Source: Nitrosopumilus sp. (GTDB lineage Archaea > Thermoproteota > Nitrososphaeria > Nitrososphaerales > Nitrosopumilaceae). Taken from it: a stretch of 64,000 nt of DNA. The stretch is taken from the NCBI GenBank assembly GCA_965205675.1, contig OZ242186.1, forward strand, positions 1,760,001-1,824,000. The letters run 5' to 3'. The position numbers were made by a program, and so were the translations under genes. The stretch's first letter is position 1. Every line of letters starts with the position of its first letter. Below are positions 11,047 to 19,818 of the stretch, piece after piece. A model generated the notes under the pieces. That model saw nothing but the letters and a program-made list of their open reading frames with translations, had not been told where the DNA came from and did no database searches.

Positions 11047-11692
11047 TTAACATCATAATTTCAGGACCACTAGTCAGAGAACCAACTATTACGCAGTGAT
11101 TATTTACCAAAATTCCTGATGACACATATGGAATACCGTTGTTAATTGAACTCTGCTCAATATTTACGCCTAGTACATTGGCTATAGTTTTCATGTCTTC
11201 CTCATCTGCTTCTGGATGAATTGCAGCACCACTACCGTTTGCAACTAGTACTACTCCTGTTTGATTAAACCCAGCAATTTTTTTCTGAATTACCTCAACT
11301 CCCAAAACATCTGAAATGATTTGACAGTCTTGTTTTGATAACCAAGGAGATACCACTGCACCTTTGTCATTGGCACAAATTACATTTCCTAGTGCATTAA
11401 ATTTTGTATCTAGCACTCCAACTTCTAAATCAGTTTCAACTTTGAGATAATCGTATTCATTTTGATAAGCAGTATTTGGTAATAAAACTCCTTTATTGTT
11501 CATCACTGATAATGCACCAATTAATCGAGTATTTGCAATTGCAGTATGATGAATTTCTATATCTAGATATTTTGCAAGCTTGTCAGATTTGGTTTGAGCA
11601 AATCCCATTGGAACCAGTCCTATACTATCATTTATTGCAATGTATACTCCTAGATTTGGTCCTCTATACACATCATACTTGATAATATCCAT
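11027..11692 (-). CDS. eif6: Translation initiation factor aIF-6
   Basis: NLGVY, ALGNVICAND, AAIHP pentein repeats. Confidence 0.92.
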   Translation of the reverse strand: MDIIKYDVYRGPNLGVYIAINDSIGLVPMGFAQTKSDKLAKYLDIEIHHTAIANTRLIGALSVMNNKGVLLPNTAYQNEYDYLKVETDLEVGVLDTKFNALGNVICANDKGAVVSPWLSKQDCQIISDVLGVEVIQKKIAGFNQTGVVLVANGSGAAIHPEADEEDMKTIANVLGVNIEQSSINNGIPYVSSGILVNNHCVIVGSLTSGPEIMMLTRAFLN

Positions 11693-11802
11693 ATCCAGAG
11701 AATTGCTACTTGATCGTTATGAACGTAAGGAAATTTTCCTACCTAACATGATCTATAGTCTAGTGTATATTCGTAAAACAACTCTCTAGCTTTAAATAAT
11801 AA

Positions 11803-12330
<528 letters not shown>

Positions 12331-12436
12331 GTTTTAGAGATCTAATCCTAGAAATTTTTAATTTTTCTATTCCTTTTTGAATTTAGTCTCAACTAATTTT
12401 GTTTAGATTTAAATAATATTTAGAAATAACGAATTC

Positions 12437-12985
12437 ATGGCAGATTTACAAATACCAGAAGATTTTTGTCACAATGATGTTAAGCCAAAAGGCCAAACAA
12501 ATCATGCAGATGGTGAAAATTTTCACTATATCTGGGGTGACGGAAGATCAGACGGTGCCGCATTCTCAAACGACGATGTAAAAGCAGCTTATGAAGCAAA
12601 AGGAGAAACGCAAGTTCCTCTAGGAATTCATGGTACTACTGTTGCAGTCGATTGGGATTCATGTGTTGCAGCTGGTTCATGCATGAGTGTATGTCCAGTT
12701 CAAACATTCCAATGGTACAGAACTGAAAAAGATATTCCTGCAGACAAAGCTATGGGAGAAACTTTTGAAGGAACTGGCCTTACAGAACAAGACGAAAGAT
12801 TAGATTATACAGACAAATCACAACCAATCAGAGAACACGATTGTACAGTTTGTATGGCCTGTCAAGAAATTTGTCCTGAAGGAGCTATTCGTATAGAATC
12901 AGCTAACCAAGAATGGCACGAGAAAGCAGCCGGAACATATGTAATTATGAAATCTGGTTCTGAAAACCCACACGCACACGATTAA
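12437..12985 (+). CDS. Dicluster ferredoxin paralogue (Zfx-like, His-rich N-terminus)
   Basis: CVAAGSCMSVCP and CTVCMACQEICP. Confidence 0.9.
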   Translation: MADLQIPEDFCHNDVKPKGQTNHADGENFHYIWGDGRSDGAAFSNDDVKAAYEAKGETQVPLGIHGTTVAVDWDSCVAAGSCMSVCPVQTFQWYRTEKDIPADKAMGETFEGTGLTEQDERLDYTDKSQPIREHDCTVCMACQEICPEGAIRIESANQEWHEKAAGTYVIMKSGSENPHAHD

Positions 12986-13058
12986 AGAAATTTTTTCTTT
13001 TTTCTTATTTTTCTATTTCACCTCAACAGATTTTAATCGCTACTATCCAATATTTTTT

Positions 13059-13142
13059 GCAGAGGTCGCCTAGCTCGGTAGGGCGCGGGCCTTGAGAGCC
13101 TGTGTGCGCAAGCATACGGGGGTTCAAATCCCTCTCTCTGCG
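13059..13142 (+). tRNA. tRNA-Ser(TGA)
   Basis: Cloverleaf, anticodon loop CTTGAGA, long variable arm, TTCAAAT T-loop. Confidence 0.95.
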
Positions 13143-13282
13143 TTTTCAATTTCCATTTTATTGAAATCTATTCTGAGAATTGCAGCTTAGAATTATTATT
13201 CGATAGGACTTGAAATAATAGAAAAATTCAATTCTGGTTATGAATAGATGATCATACCAGTTATTGCCATAGTTGTAATTAT

Positions 13283-13490
13283 CCATGTGAATTGTTTTTA
13301 TACATTTCCTCTCTTTCTATACATCAGGGCATGGCTTTCGCTAGAGAATGGTTTCAATCAAAAGATGGCAGACATGTATCCATACGAGACTATTCTCTCA
13401 ATGCTATCTTCATCCTAGTTAGGATTGTTCGCAGTTATTAGACGAGGCCTTGTCCCTCAATAATTACAACGCGACTTGCAGTCCTAACTA
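13283..13490 (-). ncRNA. Predicted bridge/seek RNA of the IS110 element
   Basis: Nested stems enclose GTTGTAATTAT and TCTAATAACT, exact matches to the two target flanks; second stem-loop contains donor-junction ATGGATA. Confidence 0.85.
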
Positions 13491-14477
13491 TAATTTTGTA
13501 CAAATTCTCTCCTCTCCTTTAACATCCAATAAATCACCCTCAGGATCTTTGATGCACCAGCTACTGCAGCTTTGGATGATCCTCTTTTCTTTTTAATGCG
13601 ATTGTAAAATTTTGTAATGTCACTATCCTTGGCATGAATTGCATGAGTGTGTATGCATTCTGTTAGAACCCATCTCAATGTCATGCTTCCCCTTTTTGTT
13701 ATTCTGCCATGGTGTATTGTATCTGCAGAGTTTCTAACTGATGGTACAACTCCTGCATATGCACACAGTTTGTGAGAATCATTGAATCTCTCAATATCTG
13801 CAATCTCTGATGCAATGACAAGCGAAGAATAATGCCCAATTCCCGGAATCGAGTTTATCAAAATTGCATCAGGATTAACTTTTACAGCAGCATACACTTT
13901 GGAATTAATCTCTGCAATCTGTAAATTAAGGTGGCTGATTTGTTGCAAGAATCCGTCTATTCTGTAATCTCCTAGTGCCTTGAGTCTTCTGTTGTATGTT
14001 TCAGTGAATGTAACTCCTGGAATCCTGATTCCTTCCTGTAACAATATTCCATGAACTGAATTCTTGACAGATGTTCTCCATTGGATTAGTTTTTTCCTAT
14101 ATCTTACAAGCTGTCTTTGTTGTACAATCTTTTTGTCTGGAACATAACATGTGGCAATGTATCCTCCTCGTAAAAGATCTGCCAATATCTTGGCATCAAT
14201 CTTGTCTGTTTTCTTTTTTGATGTAGCAATTGCCTTTGTCAAATATGGGTTTGAGAGTGTGACGTTTTTGTATCCCAAAGTATCTGTGAGAAATCGATAC
14301 GTGTCATACCAGACTGATGAGGATTCCATTACAATATTTGCAGAAATTGGTATTTTTGCAAAATGCTTCCTGATAGATTCATGAGTGTTATCCACTTTGT
14401 CATTTTGTAATACTTTGCCTGCATCATCCATTTATTACTTGAAGAAACTTCTTGTGCAGGTCAATGCCCACAAACAT
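13484..14477 (-). pseudogene. IS110 DEDD recombinase/transposase, frameshifted near codon 15
   Basis: MFVGIDLHKKFLQV is out of frame with MDDAG...; KTDKIDA, IPGIG, YAGVVPSVRNSA, ITKRG motifs. Confidence 0.9.
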
Positions 14478-14632
14478 GCCTTTCTTTGGTTTCTTCCTAA
14501 TCTGTTTGTTTGTAATCTTTTTTGGAGCCGAGTATTTACGAACCTTGGAACTAGATTCATTTTTTATGCTATCTGATTTCCTTGCTTTCTTATTCACATA
14601 TAGTTATTAGAATTATTAGTATATCATTTATT

Positions 14633-15845
14633 TGAGACTTGGGCATAATTAATTCTGATTTTTGAGTTATCTCTCAAATTATTCAAATGGAAAAAGCTAA
14701 AGATCAGCACATCGTGATATCATTGAAATGATAAAAGATGTACAAATCCCTAGGCAACATAAGGTATCAATCATTTCTTATTGGCGTGTTACATTTGGTT
14801 CATCATGCAGTCTGATATTTGTAGCGGCGATAGGTATCAATCATTTCTTATTGGCGTGTTACATTTGGTAGGGACATTATCTTTGTATGAAGATGTACTC
14901 AGAGTCGGTAGACCATACGTGTACTCCACCATTCAGATGATGCAATTGTGCATCGCAGGTCTTGGATGAGAATATCCAGCAACAATACACTATACTATTT
15001 TCTTTTGATTAAATCAACCAATCACAAATTACTCAAGGTTTGTAAATTACAGTAAATCCCAAACCGTAGAACAATTGACAGGCGATTTGAATTTCTACCA
15101 ATTAGTGACATGATTAGTACAATGGGCAACAAATTCATCTCAGATGGATTGGTGGAAAATATTTTAGTACTAGTTGATAGTTCCATGCTAAAAGCTGCTG
15201 AGTCCAGTATAGCAAAAATCAGACATTACACAAAATCGTTTGCCAATTGCAGGAATTGATACTGGTGCCAAAATAGGGTTTCTCCAAATACAAGGGTTGG
15301 ATATTTGGATACAAACTACACATAAGTTGTTCGGCTGGTAAATTGATTGTTCCTTTATCTGCTGATGTCTCAACTGCAAATGTTCATGACAATAAGATGT
15401 ATTGTGAAATAATCAAATCACTTGCAGGGCTGATAAGTAATGTCTTGTGTGATCCAGCATATGATGATGGTTCACTGTACCAGTTTAGCAGCAAGAAAAA
15501 TCTGAGATTGATTACTTCAGTTAAGATATACCCATCAACTCCTCCAGAGAGAATCAAACTTGCAGATTTTTATCATTCTGTGATTGGTCAAGAGTTGTAT
15601 TTGCAAAGAAAAATTTCAATTGAGCCCCTATTTCAAATATTCAAAGATGCATTTGATATCAGAACAGTCCCTGTGAAAGGATCAAATAACGTAGAATCAT
15701 TTGTGCTGATCTGCGTGCTTGTTTATCAGTTGGCAGTGTATTACAATTGTATTACTGGAGTAGAGAATCCAAGAATTGTCAAAAGAATGCTTTGTTGTTG
15801 AAATAATTTAAAACTATTTTTGTAAATCACTATGCCCAAATCTCA
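14633..15845 (+). mobile_element. DDE_Tnp_1-type IS (IS982/IS1182-like, family unresolved), degraded
   Basis: TIR TGAGACTTGGGCAT/ATGCCCAAATCTCA, ~5-6 bp TTTAT duplication, GYKLH, TANVHD, DPAYD, SIEPLF motifs. Confidence 0.85.
14762..14869. repeat. 38-bp perfect direct repeat pair separated by 32 bp
   Basis: AGGTATCAATCATTTCTTATTGGCGTGTTACATTTGGT at 14762-14799 and 14832-14869. Confidence 0.95.
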
Positions 15846-16080
15846 TTTATCTCTCTAGAACCTGTTAAAACAAAAAATAATGAACTACTAATAATTTCAA
15901 TTAATGCATAACCTGGTTATGCATATGTTTTTGTTGCACAAGAACTGGGATTTTTTGAAGATAATGGAGTTAATGTAGAATTAATTTTAAGACAAGATTA
16001 TTATGAATCTCAAGAACTTTATTTGAATAGTAATAAAGAATTCATTGGGAAATATTATTAAAGTGTTCTACTTGGTATAA

Positions 16081-17028
16081 TTATTTCGTATTTCCTAGTT
16101 CTGCTAACATTGCAGATAATTGAATTTCAGAATTTGCTCCAACTAATACTCTATAATCATACTTTGCAATTATCTCTAAGATATCTGCTAATTTATCATG
16201 TTTTGATTCGAATACTGCAGAGTTTAAATATTTTAGAAAATCTGATTCAGACATTCCATAAACCTTGATTAATTCAATCATCTTTTCTCTGGCTTTTGCA
16301 ACTTTACCTGACAGTGCAATTTTTAAAACTTCATCAACATCACTAGTTTTTGTCAGCCCTGCTGATGATTTTACATTCTCTTCTGTAATTTCACCAATAC
16401 TTGCAGTTGCCTGCATTAGATTAATTGCATGTCTCAAGTCTCCTTCAGAATAATCATAAATTGCTTTGAGACCTTTTTTATCAGTTTTGACTTTTTCTTT
16501 TTTGGCAATAACTTCTAATCTACTAATAACATCTTCTTCAGAGACTGTGGTAAACTTGAAAGTGGCACATCTACTCTGAATTGGATCTATAATTTTTGAA
16601 ATATTATTAGCTATGAAAATAAATCTACAAATTTTTGCAGTATCTTCTATAATTCGTCTTAGTGCCGTTTGTGCATCTCCTGTCATCTCATCGGCTTCAT
16701 CTAAAATGATAATTTTGAATGGAACATCGGTCATTCCTGCAAATCTTGAGAATTTTTTTACCTTTTCTCTGACCATCCCAATCCCTCTTTCATCAGATGC
16801 GTTGAGCTCTAATGTGTAGTCTTTGGAATAATCTCCTAAAATTTGTCTTGCAATACATAGTGCAGTAGTTGTCTTCCCCACTCCTGCAGAACCTGAGAAC
16901 ATCAAATGTGGCATATCTGTTGGATCTTTGATTAGAGCCTCTAAACTTCCAATAATTTCAGTTTGGTTTACAACTTCAGAAAGCTTGACTGGTCGATACT
17001 TTTCTACCCACATACCAGTTTCAGCCAT
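16081..17028 (-). CDS. rfcS: Replication factor C small subunit
   Basis: WVEKYRP, GVGKT, ELNASD, DEAD, SRC motifs; start placed at MAETG. Confidence 0.95.
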   Translation of the reverse strand: MAETGMWVEKYRPVKLSEVVNQTEIIGSLEALIKDPTDMPHLMFSGSAGVGKTTTALCIARQILGDYSKDYTLELNASDERGIGMVREKVKKFSRFAGMTDVPFKIIILDEADEMTGDAQTALRRIIEDTAKICRFIFIANNISKIIDPIQSRCATFKFTTVSEEDVISRLEVIAKKEKVKTDKKGLKAIYDYSEGDLRHAINLMQATASIGEITEENVKSSAGLTKTSDVDEVLKIALSGKVAKAREKMIELIKVYGMSESDFLKYLNSAVFESKHDKLADILEIIAKYDYRVLVGANSEIQLSAMLAELGNTK

Positions 17029-17118
17029 GTGTATTAAATGCAAAACCCCACTAATAAATCCGAATTGGTTATTGTCATATACCATATCTTAAAATCAAAA
17101 TTTGTCATAATCACTTGC

Positions 17119-17215
17119 GATCAGCCTGAAATTAATTAGGATCAATTGATCTCACTAAATTGTTAACAGAATTGATCGATCCGATACTTGAGGATCTAAA
17201 TCAGAAAAAGTGATC
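17119..17215. promoter_or_regulatory. GATC cluster in the divergent rfcS / gins-mcm promoter
   Basis: GATC at 17119, 17140, 17148, 17174, 17178, 17193, 17212. Confidence 0.6.
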
Positions 17216-17219
17216 TCAG

Positions 17220-17750
17220 ATGGAAATAGATAAAATAGAAAAAGTGCATTCAATTGGATACCGCCTAAAAGATGCTAAGGTTACTGTAAACAAGGATTTC
17301 AAGTATAATGTGGCTGGAATGAAAATTGAAGGCACGCAAGGTGATACTAATAACATGCCTCAATGGGTAGGAAAGATTCTCTCTGATAATGAAATAGGAA
17401 CCCTTGATTCTCCAGATATGATAACTCAATTAAAACAAGCATTATCAAAAGAAAAAATGGTTGGTGAATATCAAATATCTACACTTGATCCTCATTTTTA
17501 CATCAAGCTAAAAGAATCTATGAAGGATCTAAACAATAATGATTTTGATAAGGTGGAGAGTATGATGTTGGAATTATTTAGAATGCGAAGAGGCAAGCTA
17601 GTGAAGATTGCAGATTCCATCAAACTAAATTCCGAACTTTACAACAAACTAACTGTTGAGGAAAATGTTTTCTATAAAACAATTTATGATAACAGTAAAG
17701 AATTTGAAAAACAGATAAGAGGAGATCAAAATAAGCACAGCTCAAGCTAG
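17220..17750 (+). CDS. GINS subunit (Gins23-like)
   Basis: Directly upstream of mcm; PQW, LDPHFY, RRGKLVKIA, LTVEE motifs. Confidence 0.8.
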   Translation: MEIDKIEKVHSIGYRLKDAKVTVNKDFKYNVAGMKIEGTQGDTNNMPQWVGKILSDNEIGTLDSPDMITQLKQALSKEKMVGEYQISTLDPHFYIKLKESMKDLNNNDFDKVESMMLELFRMRRGKLVKIADSIKLNSELYNKLTVEENVFYKTIYDNSKEFEKQIRGDQNKHSSS

Positions 17751-19818
17751 CACATTTACTGATTCTGCTTTATCTGATAAAGTAAAAGAATTCTTAATTC
17801 AATTCAAAGACAGAGATGGCAATTACAATTATGTAGATGCAATCGATGAGATGATGCCAAAGAATGCAAAATATATCATAGTTGATTATAATGATTTGGT
17901 TATAGAACCCCAAATTGAAGCAATGTTTTCAGAAAATCCTGATAGAATTTTTGATGCATTTGCAAGAGCAATCAAAGAAGCATTACAAACAAGATTTCCT
18001 GATTATGCAGAAAAAATTAAAGATGAAATTCGTGTAAGACTAATCAATTTTCCATTAGAGCGCAGTCTAAGACAAATTAATGCTGAAACAATTGGAAAAA
18101 TTACCAGTGTCTCTGGAATGGTGGTAAGAGCATCTGAAGTAAAGCCTCTTGCAAAAGAACTAGTTTTTGTGTGCCCTGATGAACATCCAACCAAAGTAAT
18201 TCAACTAAAAGGAATGGATGTAAAAATCCCTATAGTTTGTGATAATCCTAGTTGTAAACATAGAGATTTTGAATTAAAACCCGAAGCAAGCAAGTTTATT
18301 GATTTTCAGATACTAAGACTGCAAGAACTTCCAGAGGACTTACCTCCTGGACAATTACCTCACTATATCGATGTTACCACTAGACAGGATTTAGTAGATA
18401 ATTCAAGGCCAGGGGACAGAATCATACTCACAGGTATGGTCAGAGTAGAACAAGAATCAGTTGCAGGAATCCAAAGAGGCCACAGTGGATTATACCGATT
18501 AAGAATTGAAGGAAATAATATTGAATTTCTTAGTGGACGTGGTTCTAAGACTGATAGAAAAATTGGTAGAGAAGAAATTTCTCCTGAAGAAGAAAAACTA
18601 ATCAGATCACTTGGTCAAAGTTCTGATGTGTATCAAAGATTGATAGATTCTTTTGCACCTCACATTCAAGGTCAAGTATTAATCAAAGAAGCTATTTTAT
18701 TACTAATTGTTGGTTCTAATCAAAAATTACTTGGTGATGGAAGTAAGATTAGGGGAGACATCAACATATTTCTTGTAGGAGATCCTGGTACTGCAAAATC
18801 TGAGATGCTAAAGTTTTGTGCAAGAATTGCACCCAGAGGTTTGTATACTTCTGGTAGAGGTTCTACTGCTGCCGGTCTTACAGCTGCTGTAGTTAGAGAC
18901 AAGACCGGGATTATGATGTTAGAAGCTGGTGCAGTTGTGTTAGGTGATCAAGGTTTGGTAAGTATAGACGAATTCGATAAGATGAAACCCGAGGACCGAA
19001 GTGCATTGCACGAAGTTATGGAACAACAATCTGCAAGTATTGCAAAAGGTGGTATTGTAGCTACGCTAAATGCACGAACTTCAATTCTAGCTGCTGCAAA
19101 TCCAATGTATGGAAAATATGATCCTTTCAAAAATATTACAGAAAATGTCAATTTGCCAATTCCATTGCTTACAAGATTTGACTTGATATTTGTTGTAAGA
19201 GATATTCCAACCAAAGAAAGAGATACACAAATTGCAAAACATATCATTCAAAGAAATACTTCAGTAGGTACTGATAAAAAATCTGTAATTGAAGTTGATT
19301 TACTGACAAAATACCTATCCTATGCAAAACGTGGGGAACCTGAACTAACACAAGAGGCTGAGGCCAAAATTCTTGATTATTATCTCCAAATGAGAAATGT
19401 TGAATCAGAAGAAATGATTACAGTTACACCTAGACAACTTGAAGGTATAATCCGACTTTCAACTGCTAGGGCAAGATTACTTATGAAAGATAAGGTAGAA
19501 GAGGAAGATGCTGAGCGTGCAATCTTCCTAATTCAGAGCATGCTACAAGACGCTGGAGTGGATGTCAATACTGGTAAAGTAGATCTGGGTGTGTTACAAG
19601 GCAAGCCAAGAAGTGAAGTTTCAAAGATGCAATTATTCATGGATATACTCAAAGGTATTGAAGGTGATAACAAGATCCCAGCAGAAGAAAAGGCCTTTGT
19701 CAGAGAATTAGAAAAGAGTGAGAAATTCACCGAGGAGGAGGCAAGAAATTACATTAGAAGAATGCTTAGAGAAGCATCTATTTATGAATCAAAACCCGGT
19801 CATTATAACCGCGTATGA
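17731..19818 (+). CDS. mcm: MCM replicative helicase (frame extends 40 codons upstream of the first ATG, to an ATA)
   Basis: GDPGTAKS, IDEFDKM, AAANP, TRFD motifs; upstream STAQASTFTDSALSDKVKEFL in frame. Confidence 0.95.
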   Translation: MSTAQASTFTDSALSDKVKEFLIQFKDRDGNYNYVDAIDEMMPKNAKYIIVDYNDLVIEPQIEAMFSENPDRIFDAFARAIKEALQTRFPDYAEKIKDEIRVRLINFPLERSLRQINAETIGKITSVSGMVVRASEVKPLAKELVFVCPDEHPTKVIQLKGMDVKIPIVCDNPSCKHRDFELKPEASKFIDFQILRLQELPEDLPPGQLPHYIDVTTRQDLVDNSRPGDRIILTGMVRVEQESVAGIQRGHSGLYRLRIEGNNIEFLSGRGSKTDRKIGREEISPEEEKLIRSLGQSSDVYQRLIDSFAPHIQGQVLIKEAILLLIVGSNQKLLGDGSKIRGDINIFLVGDPGTAKSEMLKFCARIAPRGLYTSGRGSTAAGLTAAVVRDKTGIMMLEAGAVVLGDQGLVSIDEFDKMKPEDRSALHEVMEQQSASIAKGGIVATLNARTSILAAANPMYGKYDPFKNITENVNLPIPLLTRFDLIFVVRDIPTKERDTQIAKHIIQRNTSVGTDKKSVIEVDLLTKYLSYAKRGEPELTQEAEAKILDYYLQMRNVESEEMITVTPRQLEGIIRLSTARARLLMKDKVEEEDAERAIFLIQSMLQDAGVDVNTGKVDLGVLQGKPRSEVSKMQLFMDILKGIEGDNKIPAEEKAFVRELEKSEKFTEEEARNYIRRMLREASIYESKPGHYNRV

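Larger units (their letters stand above)
13283..14601 (-). mobile_element. IS110-family element, IS1111-type
   Basis: Subterminal IR ATGTGAAT/ATTCACAT, AT core at both ends, removal restores the host reading frame, ~200-bp non-coding end after the transposase. Confidence 0.9.
13248..16040 (+). pseudogene. NMT1/THI5/SsuA-type ABC substrate-binding protein split by two IS insertions
   Basis: Joining 13248-13282, 14602-14631 and 15846 onward gives MIIPVIAIVVIIVIRIISISFISLEPVKTKNNELLIISINA*PGYAYVFVAQELGFFEDNGVNVEL. Confidence 0.75.

Noticed and set aside
14762-14869. Bona fide CRISPR locus
   Set aside because: Only two repeats, the repeat is transposase coding sequence, no leader or cas genes; kept only as an anomaly
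17731-19818. Intein in MCM (or in RFC)
   Set aside because: Lengths are normal and motifs contiguous
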